From Camelus dromedarius (lineage: Eukaryota): a stretch of DNA of 64,000 nucleotides. The notes beneath the pieces are model-generated. The model saw only the letters and a list, made by a program, of their open reading frames with translations. It was not told where the DNA came from and searched no databases. Position numbers and translations under genes: made by a program. Positions 1-13,197 of this stretch are shown in pieces (within the stretch, counting starts at the first letter, position 1; every line of letters starts with the position of its first letter). The DNA lies in assembly GCF_036321535.1 (NCBI RefSeq), contig NC_087438.1:11472001-11536000 (forward strand), in the 5' to 3' direction.

Positions 1-76
1 TTTGGAAGGCATGGCCCTCGGGTCTCTCAAGCAGAGATTGTGAACTTGAACTGTAGTAGAAACTCACCATGCAAAT

Positions 77-595
77 TGTTGACTGAAATAAATGCACAGC
101 CTAAAAGTTGACAGTTACGTTTCTTTTGGCGGACATCTCTGAGGACTTGAACCCCTTCGAGCCCCAGATGACAGCCTCTCAGATCTCTCTGAGGGACTGC
201 TCCGAAGAGGTAGGGGAGGAGCTAGGTTATATAGGAGCTTTACAACAAAGACCATGTAGTTGGAACATTAAAAGATTACTTGTTAAAAAAAAAAAAATTA
301 CTTGTTAACTGTAGAAAACCAGGCATCTCAAGTTAAAGAATTTAGTGCTTTTCTGTGTATGGGAGGAAGCAAACATTTGGGCTCATTGAATTCATTCCTT
401 TGACAAGCACCTAGCCATCTAGGGCCAGTATCCTGTCCTTTCTTATTCTGAGTCCCCTCAGGGTTCACCATTGTGAGTGGCTGCAGGGGCCAGGCTGCAG
501 GCCTCTCTTTACTGGGGGCTGCGGCAGCTGCTGAGGACTTGATGGCTTCAGCATTCTTTGGTTACTGATATGGTTTGCAGTATTTTTCATTCACA
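77..595 (-). mobile_element. ERV1-class solo LTR (MER41-like cetartiodactyl family, name tentative), copy 1
   Basis: TG...CA termini (TGTTGACTG...TTCACA), near-TSD AAAT/AGAT, and clear homology to three other copies at 29491, 45850 and 48124. Confidence 0.8.
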
Positions 596-1325
596 AGATG
601 TATCCCAGGTCACCTTAAGGTGTCCATCCACTCACCAGGCAGCAAAGAGACCTTCAGTGGTAAATAAAACAATATTTAAATGCACTAAGTTCCTTTATTG
701 TTCCCTTTTCTATTCGGTAATACAGAGAGAAACAGTGTTTCTGTGCATCATTGGGTCATTGGTTTTCCCAGCCTATGATCGTTTAAAATGATAATTGGGA
801 CGTTGTATTTATGAGTTAATATTTAGATAGTACTTAAAACAGTGTCTTGTACATAATAAATGCTTTATATATTTTTTTAAATTAAAAGAAATTGTAAAGA
901 ATTTAAACAAGGGTAGATCATATTTTCAAATGGCTGAGGGAATTCAGGGATTTGCTTTGCTTTGGAAACATTCTAATTAATTTTTGATATTCTACATGTT
1001 CATAAGTTCACTGGCGATTTCTCTCTTGGGAGTTGAGTTTGTGAGCTAGACTATCGCTCCCTGTGGGACCTGTTTCCTGCTGTGAACTGAAAATTTACAT
1101 CTCTCCTTACCAGAAGCTAAATTCAATACTATAGCATCTACGGCATTTTGAAAGATGCAGACGTTGGCATTTCGTAACTATTCATGGAGAAATAAGGCAA
1201 AAGCACTACCTGACAATTGAAGACAGAAAACAATTAAGGCTGCCATCCAAAGTGCAATTGGCAGGTTGAAAATTATGGACTGCGAGCCTTTTCATGAAAA
1301 CCCGTGTGTTTTCTTCTCTTGACAA

Positions 1326-1453
1326 AGCTTTGCAAAGCCATCCATGAGCTCCTTTCCCGAGCTTTGCAAAGCCATCCATGAGCTCCTTTCCCGAGCTTTG
1401 CAAAGCCATCCATGAGCTCCTTTCCCGAGCTTTGCAAAGCCATCCATGAGCTC
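1326..1453. repeat. Minisatellite: 34-bp unit AGCTTTGCAAAGCCATCCATGAGCTCCTTTCCCG, ~3.8 identical copies
   Basis: Units start at 1326, 1360, 1394 and 1428 (partial, 26 bp). No mismatches seen. Confidence 0.95.
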
Positions 1454-1980
1454 GCTGGAGAGGAGCAAATAAGCGTTGCTGCCTGTCCCCTTCTGTCAGG
1501 GAAAAGCCAGCTCTGATGGTTACAACTGATGTGTTCTGGGAAAAAAGGAAAAACACAAACGCTCCTGTTCCACTTTAGATAACTTAAGTTAGACAGAGCA
1601 AGTCTTAAAATTGTGGGGGCAGTGTAGAAATGTTTATCTGTTTGTGAGTTTTTCATTGTGAGTTTTCATATTTCATTGTTATTGGCAGTGAGCAGGGATG
1701 TCTGATCTGCACCAGCAGGTATCATGAACAAAGCACCAAGAATCCAGCTCCGAGATACTTCAGGCGGTGTCAGCTGCAAGAGATTGTTTTTCTGTGTGCG
1801 TGTGTCTTTTTAAACATCTTCGGAGTAGAGTAACATTATTAATCTAAGTGTGTGTACTGCCTCAGCCTAAATTAAGTGGAGGGGCAAATGAAAAAAAAAA
1901 AAAGACCTAAAAATGAAATGTTGATAAAGCACAGAGCTGTTCCAGCTTGTTCAATCTGAAACATCTGGTGGCTCCAAGTG

Positions 1981-2453
1981 CAAGCGGTCCCCGACTTACG
2001 ATTTTTCAATGTTACGATGGTGGGAAAGCGATACACAGATTTTAAATTTTGACTTTTCCCAGGCTATCGAGATGCAGTGCCATACTGACTCGTGATGCTG
2101 GCAGCAGCAGGGCCTTCAGATCCCAGTCACCCACACGATCGTGAGGGGAAACAGCCAATAACGCTTTACAGCCATTCTGTACCCAGACAACAGTTCTGTT
2201 TTCCACTTTCAGTACAATAGTCAGTACATTACATGAGATTTTCAACACTTTATTACAAGATACGCTCTGTGTTAGATGGTGCTGCCCACCTGTAGGCTTA
2301 TGTAAGTGTTCCGAGCACGTTTAAGGTTGGCTGGGCTAAGTTATGATGTTCAGCAGGTTAGGGGTATTATTAAATGCAATTTCAACTTAAGATATTTTCA
2401 ACTTGAGATGGGTTTATCCAGATGTAACCCCTTCATAAGTCAAGGAAGATCTA
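1981..2453 (-). mobile_element. Tigger5/MER47-type DNA transposon fossil (TcMar-Tigger)
   Basis: Ends GGTCCCCGACTTACG... and ...GTAACCCC..ATAAGTCAAGGAAGATCT resemble MER47 TIRs; internal match to the recalled MER47 consensus. Confidence 0.8.
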
Positions 2454-2976
2454 TATAAATACTGCCAACTACAACCAAAAGAAAACTGAAAGGGATTAAT
2501 TGTGGGACCCGGCAAAGAACATTACCTTTGTGCATTAGGTGAACAGTTTCTAGGTGGCCAAATCCAGGTGAGATTCTGGACTGACTTAAGAAAGGAAGGA
2601 AACAGCTCCTGGCCTCAAGGTGCTCCCAGTCCAATGGGTGGAGAGACACTATGTGAAAAGGGCTGTGGTACAGATATATAAGATTACAATGGAAACACAC
2701 TAAAAGTCGTTAAATAATTCAGCCTGGGTGGACCTGGAAAGGCTTGACAGAGAAAGGGACATCTTACCAGGGACTTGAGCACTGACTGGGAATCTACCAG
2801 TTAGGCTGGAGGAAAAGAACTTCTGAGGCAGGAGAGCAACATGGACACATGCTCTCAGATGTGAATGGGGGGGGGGTCCCCTACACACTCTAAAAAAATT
2901 AGACTTTGTTACCTAGGCAGTGCCTAACACAATGCCTGGCATGTAGTAAACGTTCAGCAAAAAGTGTGGAAGGAAG

Positions 2977-3405
2977 TATTTTGGTTTCTGGGGCTGCCTT
3001 TCAAAGTACACAAACCAGGTGACTTAACAGAATTTATCCCACAGTTCTGGAGGCTAGAAGTCCAAAAGTCAAGGTGCTGGCAGGGACATGGAGAAGGATC
3101 CTTTCTTGCCTCTTTCAGCTCTTCGTGACCCCAGGTGTTCCATGGTTTATAGCAGCGTAAGCTCAACTTCTGTCTCCATCCTTGCACTGCCGTCTTACCT
3201 CTGTGTCTTCTCTCCCTGTGTCTCTGTTTTCTCCTCTTATAAGAACACCAGTTATACCGGATCAGGAACCACCCTAATTAAGTATGACCACATCTTAACT
3301 TGATTACATCTTCAAAAACCTTACTTCCAAATAAGGTCACACTCACAGGTACCAGGAATTAAGACTCCAACATAACTTTGTGGGGGCACAGTTCACCCCA
3401 CAACA
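2977..3405 (-). mobile_element. MLT1 (ERVL-MaLR) solo LTR, MLT1B/C-like
   Basis: Diagnostic CACAGTTCTGGAGGCTAGAAGTCC...AAGGTG and TTCCAAATAAGGTCACA; terminus ...CCCACAACA. Confidence 0.8.
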
Positions 3406-3681
3406 AAAGGTATGAGCCATTCAAGATTTTGGTGCAGGGGAACTGGACCATATTTTAGAAAGCTAGCTCTAAATGCAGTGCCAAGGCTCTGTTTGAGTGA
3501 ATGATGGAGAATTGGAAGGAAGAACAGAATAAGGAGTATCAGTTAAGGAGTTGTTGAGAGAGTACAGAGATGATGAAAATGTGAACTGGGGTGGTAGTCA
3601 TGGAGACAGAGAAAGGGAGGGCAACATTAGCTCCGTAAGCTAATCAAATCTGAGGGACTTGGCAACTGATTAGATATAGGT

Positions 3682-3796
3682 GGGGAATATGTAAATGAAT
3701 AAATGTATGTATATGCCTGACTGGGATATTGTGCTGTACACCAGAAACTGACACACTGTAACTGACTGTGCTTCAATTAAAAATAAATAAATAAAC
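3682..3796 (+). mobile_element. Short 5'-truncated L1 3' end with A-rich tail
   Basis: GTGCTGTACACCAGAAACTGACACACTGTAACTGACTGTGCTTCAAT plus a (TAAA)n tail; flanking near-direct repeats AGATATAGGT (3672-3681) and AGATACAGGT (3797-3806). Confidence 0.8.
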
Positions 3797-3811
3797 AGAT
3801 ACAGGTAGGAT

Positions 3812-3980
3812 TGATGGAATTGTCCTAAATCTGTGCTGTCTAGTACAATAGCCACTGGTTACATGTGGCTAGTGAGCTCCTGAAATGTGCATCCAAGGAG
3901 CTGAAGTTTTAGGTTAATTTTAATAAATTTGATTTTCAGTAGCTTCATGTGGCTAGTGGCTACCATATTAGGCAACGCTG
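3812..3980 (+). mobile_element. MER3 (hAT-Charlie) fossil
   Basis: TAGCCACTGGTTACATGTGGCTA...ATGTGGCTAGTGGCTACCATATT inverted-repeat signature. Confidence 0.75.
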
Positions 3981-4829
3981 GTGTAGCAGATATTTGGCTG
4001 TATGTGTTTGATGTTTGCGAGAGATACACCGAGAAAACATGGTCTAGGCTGGACTTTCAGGAGTCATTAGCTTACAGGCAATTGCTGAAGCCACGTGAGT
4101 GCGTGAGACCACGGAAGGGAGGGGCGCAGATGCTAACGAAGAGTTAAGGATGAAATTATCTGGGAACCCGGTTCAATAAGTGGTGCACTGCAGAAAAGAG
4201 TGAGAAAACAGCTCCTGAAAAGGAAAAAGGCAAAGCAGAAGAGAGAAAGGTGTTGCAAAACCACAGGAGAAATTTCAAGGAGAGAGCAGTCCACCGTGTC
4301 ACAGAAAAATGGACTTTCTAAATAAACTATGAGAAAAGACTTCCACAATTACAGTATTCTTTTGCCAAGAAATGCAGTGGTCATATTTTGTTCGCCAAGA
4401 GTAAGTACATTGTGCTCTGACCTTGGATTTTTATTTTTATTCTCCCTGCCTCACCCCTACTGATGTGAACGACATTTCAACGGTTTATGGCGGCAACAAT
4501 AAGGAATTTATAAAGATGAGACTACACCAGGAAATCCAGAATAGTATGCCCCTAAAAATGCCGTGGCAGACAGCCCAGAATTTCTTCCCCATGAAGGCCT
4601 CAGTAGAGATTGTATAATTTTTGTCAAACGCTGCTGCGGATAACAGTATCACTTTTCATAGACTCCACCTAACTACTCTGTAAAGTAGGCGGAATTATTT
4701 CCAGTTTACAAAAGAGGAGGCTGGTGGCCCCTGGGGTTTCAGCAACTTGTCTTAAATGATGCAAGTTGCGCACAGGAGAGCAGAGGCAGGGACCCAAGTT
4801 CATCTGTCTTCAGCGTTCTTTCTCCTTAA

Positions 4830-5220
4830 CAGCATTCCCTAAACTTGAGACGTTTACAAATGCCTTCATGATTTTTTGCCGTGTCTACTCACCACCTGTA
4901 CTGCTATTCACTTAATATTTTTAAAAGTAAACTTACAGTATTGTTTTAAAAATAAGCATTGCAATATTACCTTACTTAAAAGGCCAGTATCACTTGTCAT
5001 AACTAAGTGATTTTTAATAAAAATAATTATAGTGAATAATTTTAAAAGCATAAGAATGCTATTAAATGCTAACTAAATGCTGCTGCCTATTAAAGACTTT
5101 GAATCTGAGGCCTGCTTTCTTTTTGTTAAAAAGGAGGATTAACAAATGTGTTCTAAAGACACGCTCTACCGTGAAGAGACTATCGCCTCGCCTTTTGAAA
5201 AGAGGAGCATTGAACAGCAG
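4830..5220 (+). mobile_element. Old hAT-Charlie element, MER113-like
   Basis: CCTTCATGATTTTTTGCC...ACCACCTGTACTGCTATT and CTGAGGCCTGCTTTCTTTTTGTTAAAAAGG resemble the recalled MER113 consensus. Confidence 0.5.
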
Positions 5221-8179
5221 TGGTACTCTCTCGTGGGGACGAAACATCCTTCTTTCTAGTAAAGAATGAATAATATAAGGTCATCTCCCTTTGCCATTTT
5301 ACAGATGAAAAACAGCGCTAAGAAGTCATCAAAATAAAACCATAAGGAGGCTGGTGAATTATAATCCAGGACTTCTACAGAGTTTCCGAGGCCACCTGAT
5401 ATTTCCTCGGGCATACGTTTCCTAAAAGATCCTTTCTAGATACTAGGCATTGCAGGCAAAACCGGCCTTCATGAGATGTTCGCAAGATGCCATTTTTGTA
5501 TATTTCATTGATTATATTTATGGCTTTTAGAGCAATGTGGGTTAAAAGCTTCCTTAGCAGTGTTACCTGTTCCCTTTTAGAAGAATTTAAGGGCAAAACA
5601 GAATCCATACTCAGTTCAGAGTCAAGAACTGGATAAATTGGGGAACATGTGGTTAGGCAGATGTTAGACTAAACTATATGAAAGGACCCTCACCATCCTC
5701 GTCAAGACTTCAGGGACCAACCACCATAGCTGCGCCCTCATAGGACTGATCTAAGTGACTGATAAAGCAAAGTTTTTGTTCTCGAACAGAAATCTTGGCC
5801 ATAATCTCATCCTAGGGGCGCCACCTTCTAGATAATATTCCCGGCAAGAACCCGTGAGTCCCAAAGGTAACTCCCTCCAGGTAAAATGCAAGATTAACCT
5901 TGTCTGTGTAAATTTCCACTTGATAGCAACCGATACCTTAAATAAGTTCTAGAGTGTGTATATGATGTGAACCACATTAAAAGAAAATATTTTGAAATAA
6001 AACAAGAAGGAAAAGATCCCTTAGATTGTATTTTTTTTCCACTAGCTAGGTTTTATAGATCTGTTTTTTTAAGCTTGAGTTTAAGCTAAGAAAAGAAACC
6101 TTGCTTTTTATGGCAAGAATTCTTGAGTAGAAAGACAACTTATAATCGAAAGCATCTTGCACAAAAGTTTTGGTAATCAGAGGGGGAAAATGCAGAGTAG
6201 CTTTGTAAATTTAGACTTTGAAAGGCCAGTGTAATGTAAATATGACTTCCTAGAGTGTAAACAGCAGTGGTTTGAAAATAAAAACTTGTACAAAACAGGC
6301 AGCTCTCTAGTTAGAAGAAAATGTGTCTAATAAGCATGTATACATGAGATGCCTTGAATATTTTTGATACTGTACTGTCATTACTAAAGATGTAAAATTT
6401 CCAAGACTTTTAAAGCCATGAGAATAGAAGTTGATAGAGGTGGGGCTTTTTTGTTTTTTCACCAGAAGAAAACAACTATACTTTTTGGTATTCTTTACAT
6501 ATTTAATTTTAGAACATAAAACATATTGCTCACACATAAATTACTCCCTCGGAAGTGTTTTAAATTATTAATGGTGCCACAAGTTCTTAAACTTTAAAGA
6601 ATCCACTATCTCTTCTTTTAGACAACAGATGAAAATATTAATGTAAGTATCATTTTATTGATTTGGCTTAAGATCTCCATTTTATCCAACGAAGTTTAGC
6701 CTCATTTAGAGAAAATCCAAACACCTACCAAAAATCTTCCTTAATTCACATGTTTGCCACTGCTGGGAGATTTTATATTCATTGTCTTCACCTTGGACTT
6801 CTGAAAACTGACTCTTTTTTCAGACCTGGACATACGTTTCTGTCTTTTTCCATCCTGGATTTTGTGTGATTTAAGCACATCCTCAACATAGTCATTTTTC
6901 TCTCTCCTGAAAGGCTACAAGCAATTGGAGAGGGCGTTGCCTTTGCCATGGAGGTACTTCAGTGGGGCTGTGGTGCAGGAAAGAGGTGGGCTCGGAACAT
7001 TTGCTCTATAATCTCGTCAAATGCAAAAACTCCTCCCTTCCAGACCCCACTGGGCTCTCGGGCAGCGGTAACAGTGTGTTAAATAATACAGTGAATGAAT
7101 GAATCACCGCTTTCTTTTCTGCCTATAAATCTGTAATCCAAGAATCTGCAGCAGCTCAACCTACTGAATGTTAATACCCAATGTCTATCTCTGTGTATTC
7201 CTTGCAGTTTATTTGGTGTCTTTTCCTGCAGACATCAGTGGTGTGTAGTTTTGTGTTACATTTCAAGTTTTTGGATATATCCAGCTTCTCAAGCTGGATC
7301 ACGAGGAGACACAGGCCACAAAATATATGCCTTGTTGCAAAAAGGGATGCTCATTTCTCCTTAAATTCTCCCATTCTGCTTTCATGCCATTCACATGTGT
7401 TCATCTCTGCCTTTCTTAGAATCTTACGTATTCATAATTGACAACCTCTTTTCCATTTCCAGTTTTATATTTGAAATTAACCAGACATCCTTTTTGCAGA
7501 TCTTATGATTTTTTCCTTGTATAGCTTTGTCTATTTGTCGGTTCTTCCATTCACCCATCCATCCGACCACAAGGTAATCCATTGTGTCTGTCTTTAATGG
7601 GTTCCATTATTCATGTACTTTGCTCAAAGAATATCTGCAGAGTCCGCAGCAGCCTTGGTAACTTTAGAAAGCCACTTGCCTTTTACATTCTAGAAATTTT
7701 TCATATGTTATGAAGATGTATTTCTCTCCTAAGAGTTTGGGCATTCCTTGTCCTGATATTTCAGGGGACGTTTTATCTTCAAACAAGAGATCCAAGCAGC
7801 CTTTGCGTGTACTGCTTTCCAGTGTTTCTGGCCAAGAATGCTGTGTAGGTGGTATCTGTGCCTCATGGTGATGTGGCTACCATAGAAGCAGCAGGAAAGG
7901 AGGGCTTTTAAACAAGCCACCCTGTGCCATTTCATCATGATCTCCATTTCCAATTATCAAAAAGACGTCTCAGAATTTAAGGACACAGTGTAGGCATCAG
8001 TAGATGTGATTCTTGATAGGAGCTTTTGGAAATGTGTATTTCACTTGCCACTTTTTGCAAGCGCTGTTTACCCTGCTCAAAATAATGCCTGGTGGGGAGA
8101 GTTCTTTCATTTACTACTGTGGATCTCACCATTTGCCTGGGGGTGGGGGTGGGTGGTATAGAAAGACGTAACATAATGG

Positions 8180-8638
8180 ATTTTTTCCAATGTAGTCTAT
8201 TTACAGTGTGTTAATTTCTGGTGTACAGCATAGTGATTCAGTTATACATATATATTCCTTTTTATATTCTTTTCATTATAGACCATTACAAGGTTTTGAA
8301 TATGTGCTATACAGTGGGACCTTGTTGTTTATCTATTTTTATACAGTAGTTAGTATCTGCAAACCTTGAGCTCCCAATTTATCCCTCTACATCCCCTTTC
8401 CCCCTGGTAATCACAAGTTTGTTTCCTCATATGTCTGTGAGTCTGGTCTGTCTCTGATTTGTAAATAAGTTCATTTGTGTCCTTTTTTTTTTCCTTTCTT
8501 TTGTTTTTAGATTCCACATATAAGTGATATCATATGGTATTTTTCTTTCTCTTTCACTTAGTATAATGGTCTCCAGGTCCAACCATGTTGCTGCAAATGA
8601 CACTATTTTATTCTTTTTTAATGGCTTAGTAGTATTCT
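8180..8638 (-). mobile_element. 5'-truncated L1 3' UTR fragment, antisense to FBXL7
   Basis: TTAGATTCCACATATAAGTGATATCATATGGTATT and CATGTTGCTGCAAATG; probable TSD ATAATGG at 8173-8179 and 8639-8645. Confidence 0.85.
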
Positions 8639-9553
8639 ATAATGGCTAATTTTTATGTAATTGTATACAAAAGTGTACAATGTATTAAAATTCGCACTAA
8701 TATCCTCCCAGAGTTATCATTATACTGTGTTGTAGACCAATAGGTACCACCTTCCTGCTAAGATAGAGAGGTGGGTTTTGTCCTCAACACCTCAGATTGG
8801 TAGAAAGTCATCTGGAAAAGGTATTCAGATATGAAAACATGTTCATTCCTACAAAATGCCCTACATTCAGAGTCTTAAGCTCAAATAAAGTCAGCTTTCT
8901 TTCCTCTTCTGTTTTTATTGCAGTGTCATAAGGCCAGGCGGAGGTTTCCAGGTTTCTTCTAACTCTGCCATCTTGATGATCCTCTCCTCTCTGCATGTGT
9001 ATCCATGGTGTCAGGGCATCCGCATCCTTGTTTCTAAGCTCTGTCAGGAAAATTAGCAGCTATTGCCCATGTCCATTTAGCTGTCAGTCCTCTGAAAAGG
9101 ACATAGGAGAAAAAACTACGTACAAAGGAAGTACTAGGTCTTTCCGAGTGCCCTGTGCAGACAGAGTGTACCACTTCGTGGGTGGAAATGACCCTTGTTT
9201 TGAATTGAATGCCACGCTCTATTTTCCTGGCTTATTGGCATTTGTATTCTTGGACTCTTGCTAGTTCTATGTGGAAAACTACTTCTGTTTTTATAAACCA
9301 TACCTAGTGGCAGTAAATGGCTCCAGCACCAAAGAACAAGATAGACTGTGTGTCAAGCCATGCATATTTTTACCCATAATAGCATTTACTTACAAATTAA
9401 AAATGTGTGTATATATATGTATGTATGCATGTATTTGGCAAATATATGTATATTTACATATTTCTATTTCCCCCTTATATATTTCTTGACATAAAGTATT
9501 CGGAAAATATAATTTGTGACAACATCTAGCTATGTACATCTCCAGTTGTTACC

Positions 9554-9911
9554 TGTCTTAGTCTGTTCAGGCTGCTACAGCCAAAGACTGCAGACTGGGT
9601 GGCTTATAAACCACAAAATGTATTTCTCACAGATCTGGAGGCTGGAAGTCCAAGATCAAGGTGCTGGCAGATTCTGTGTCTGGTGGGGGCCCACTTCCTC
9701 ATAGACGTCAGCCTTCTCACTGTAACCTCACATGGCGGAAGTGAGAGATAGCTCTCTGGGGTCTCTTTGACAGAAGCCCTAATCCCATTCATGAAGGTTC
9801 TCCCTAAAGATCTAATCACTTTCCAAAGGCCCCAGCCCCCAATACCATCACCTGGGAGTTAAGATTTCAGCACACGCATTTGAGAGGGATGGAAACATGC
9901 AGACCATAGCA
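9554..9911 (-). mobile_element. MLT1A-type MaLR solo LTR
   Basis: TGTCTTAGTC...CTGGAGGCTGGAAGTCCAAGATCAAGG...CTAATCCCATTCATGA...AGACCATAGCA, ~360 bp. Confidence 0.85.
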
Positions 9912-11054
9912 ACACTCATCATTCTTTATTATTTTTGTAATTACCAGGTGCTATTTATCAATTATGATAAGTTGTATGCTTTCTAAAATTCTCTGCGGGT
10001 TCTTGACCTGCTGCAGAATAAGTAGGAAAAACTCAGAGAATGCTGGTGTAGGCTCTGGCAAAAGAGACGTCAGCTTTCCTGGCTGAAATCTCCCAGACTC
10101 CCCTGCTGTCTCCACACCCTGGCGAGCAGTGCAGAGCAATCGTGAATTACCGCCGGGAACCCAGCCGCCAAGCGCTGGGTAGGGGAGCCATTCCTGGGCC
10201 CCTGAGTCGCCCCAGGGCAGGATGTTCCTCACAGATGTGCAAGGCTGCCATCTCTTTCTGAGTGTGAATTCTCTTCATACGAGAGCATGATTTTTGACAA
10301 AGAAAAGAAAGAAAAAACCAAAAGCGTTACTAAATGCGCAGCAGTGCTAGGCAATTTGGGCGCATTCCTAGTATCCATTGCTGAGAGTGTGAAAAAGCAA
10401 CAAAAAGTGAACCGGTTATAAATGTAGGTTTTTGGAATCCACCTCCACCCCCACTGTGACTATAGTTCATTCTTCAGGGGCCTAAGTCAAGCTGTGCAGG
10501 TCTCTGTGGAACACTGTTAAGGGTCTCTCTTTCAAGATGAACAGAATGTAAGCAGGCGGGGAGAGATTTCAGAGCCCTCACAGCTGCAGAATGTCAGAGC
10601 TGTAAGTCTAAGATTATCTCCCCTCCACCCCCCCATCTGAAGTAAGCTGTTCACCTGTCTAAGAAAAACACTAACTTCAGACACAGTCTTTGAGTCCATG
10701 TAATCATGGTTAGAATCATGGTAGCTTGGATGGCAGTTCTGAAATTCGTCATTGATTTACACTTAAGGTTTTCTTTAAAGATTTACTATTTATTTTAGCT
10801 GATTACAAAAAAAAAGAGTACATATTTCTTTAATTATGAATGATTTAAAATGCAGTGTGTATCCCACCTGGGACAGAAAAGTACATATCAACCTAGAAAT
10901 TGTTCTTTTTTAGACATATAAATACTTCCATTCAATTTAGGGCATTTATGTGCACCTACTATGTACCATAAACCATGTCAGCCTTGCCAGGACACACATA
11001 AGAAAAGGATTTAACCCTTGTATCAAAGGAGTTTTTAGTGTAATGGAAGACATA

Positions 11055-11450
11055 TCCATCATCCGTTGCCACAGTAATGCTGTGGTACAAATCACCCCTA
11101 ATCTCAGTATTCTAGCTCACACATCTGTGGTTCATCTGGACATCAGTTGACCCCAGCTGGGCTTGGTGGAGCATGGCTACAAGTTCTGTCTGCTAATCTG
11201 ATAAGATACAGGCCTCTCTCCATCCTAAGATCAGTGGACCAGCCAAGCACGTTCTTCTCGTGGTGACAGAAGCACACAACCACACAAATGGCTTTCGGCA
11301 GATCACATCCCCTAACATTCACTGGCCAAAGCAAGTCACACGGCCAAAGCCAACATCACGGGACCAAAGAGGTACACTCTGCCTAAGAAGCCTGCAAAAG
11401 CGTATGACAAAGGATATGGGAAATCCAGAGAGAGGTGTGAAATTGAACAA
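11055..11450 (-). mobile_element. Old MLT1 (H/I/J-like) MaLR LTR
   Basis: CACTGGCCAAAGCAAGTCACACGGCCAAAGCCAACATCA motif typical of old MLT1 LTRs. Confidence 0.6.
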
Positions 11451-12780
11451 TACAGTCAAGCAAATTAGGGAAAGATAAATTCATGCATGTTTGTGTAACA
11501 AAGGGAAGGGATTTCAAAAGGGAAATGATTAATAATATCTCAAAGACACTAAGAAAGTCTTCTCAGAGGAGGTGGCATTTGCTCTCAGTAACAAAAGGTG
11601 TTTGCATTTCAAGAGGCAGACAAGCTGTGCGTATAGGTGTGTGGGGAGTGCAGGGGAGGCAGACAGTAATTCAAGGATGCTCCACGAGCAAAGTCATGGA
11701 CACGTGTAGGACATTTGCAGTGTTAGGTTATGGAGAAGTACATTAAAAAGAAAACATAGTAGAAAAAGCGTATCAGTAAGAAAGTTACAAATAGACAGCA
11801 GAGATGTCCTGTGTCAGAAGTTCTTGTGTTGTATGTTACTGCCGGAAGTTCTTTGAAAGGACAAGTGTCTGAAAATTCCCAAGGTACAAAATGTGAAAAA
11901 AGACCCAAGGATGGAATTTTTGTTTAAATCTTTAGAGCTATAATTAGAGCTGGAAATGACTTAGAAATTATCTAGACCAACTCTCTTACTTCACAGATGA
12001 AGAAGTGTGTACTTTGGAGGTAAATTCTGTGTGTATGTGTGTGTATATATATATACATTATATATTATATATGTATGTATATTCACATGTGTGTATGAAA
12101 TATATAAACATATTTAGAAAGAGAATAAATGTCTTCCTAAATCTATCCATCTAAATATTTAAAATATAATATATAAATATATTTATAGAGAGAATCAATT
12201 CTTTCATATATACATCAAGGTTGGGGGAGGAGCAGATATGAACTGAGCAGCAGACTTCTTAAAGTGGTATTCCTAAGAATGCTCCATCCTTCATAAACTT
12301 AGAACCACATGATTACACCCCCCAAAGCAACAACAACAACAAAAAAAACCACTTGTATCCTCATCAAGTGATCTTTCTGGTTCACATTATTCAAATGCAA
12401 AGGGAGAAATTATTAATAAGAAGAAAAAAATAAATATTGTCCAGATATTCAATGCCTGAAAATGCCATCTGAAATGCCTAGCCTAACAGAAGAAGGAAGT
12501 GGGGTGGTTCCCCAGAACCCAGACCACGGAGTTTAGGGTACTGCTATCAAAAGATGGACAGTAGGGGGCAGGTGAGGACAAAGACAGCCAATGTTCTGCA
12601 CACCCACTGGCCAGCCTTCCCTTCCTGTGAAACACGTTTGTAAATGAAACATTTTCATCTGCCTAACCGAAGTATAATTAGAAAAGTAAATCAGTTTGCG
12701 TCATCATATATGAGGTTTCATCCCAGTGTAAAAATAACTAAACTTTGAAGTTGTGTCCTTTAATCACCATTAATGTAGCT

Positions 12781-13002
12781 CAGAGGTCAGCAGACTGCAG
12801 CCCTCCGGCCAAAGCAGCTGATCTGTTTTTACAGAACAAGTTTGATGGAAATAGCCACAACTGCCCGGTTACAGATTGTTTATGGCAGCTTTTGCTCCAA
12901 AACGGCAGGGCTGAGTAATTGCAACAGAGACAGAGCCCACATGGCTTGCAGTGCCTCAAATATTTCATATCTGGCCCTTTCCAGCTAGTCTGCCCAGCCC
13001 TG
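12781..13002 (+). mobile_element. MER58A (hAT-Charlie) fossil ~195 bp upstream of the exon acceptor
   Basis: CAGAGGTCAGCAGACT...GCAGGGCTGAGTAATTGCAACAGAGAC...ATATTT..TATCTGGCCCTTT...TCTGCCCAGCCCTG, ~220 bp. Confidence 0.8.
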
Positions 13003-13197
13003 TTGTTGATATTGGAGGATGAGCCCTTTTCCGGAATGGGTGAAGCTGGCATGTGCTTCCGCTTCCGGTGATGGATTCAGCCGGGGTCCGTCCAGGGAGG
13101 ACGGCAGTGGAATGAGTGTCACCACCTCGCCTGCCTCCCTCCGTCCCGGGGCTCTGCTCCCGCCATCCTTAACCCTTTGCTCTCTGTCCTTTGCCAG

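Larger units (their letters stand above)
1..13197 (+). other. FBXL7: 3' part of the upstream FBXL7 intron (the ~42 N-terminal codons lie in exons outside the window)
   Basis: The exon at 13198 starts mid-codon at an acceptor. No upstream FBXL7-like coding sequence was recognised in 1-13197. Confidence 0.8.

Noticed and set aside
1326..1453. CRISPR-like array (34-bp palindromic repeats)
   Set aside because: Units are head-to-tail with no unique spacers, there are no cas genes, and the context is a mammalian intron. It is a minisatellite.
1206..1656. Minus-strand ORFs of 116 and 127 aa with repeated peptides
   Set aside because: They result from the stop-free minisatellite and have no recognisable domain.
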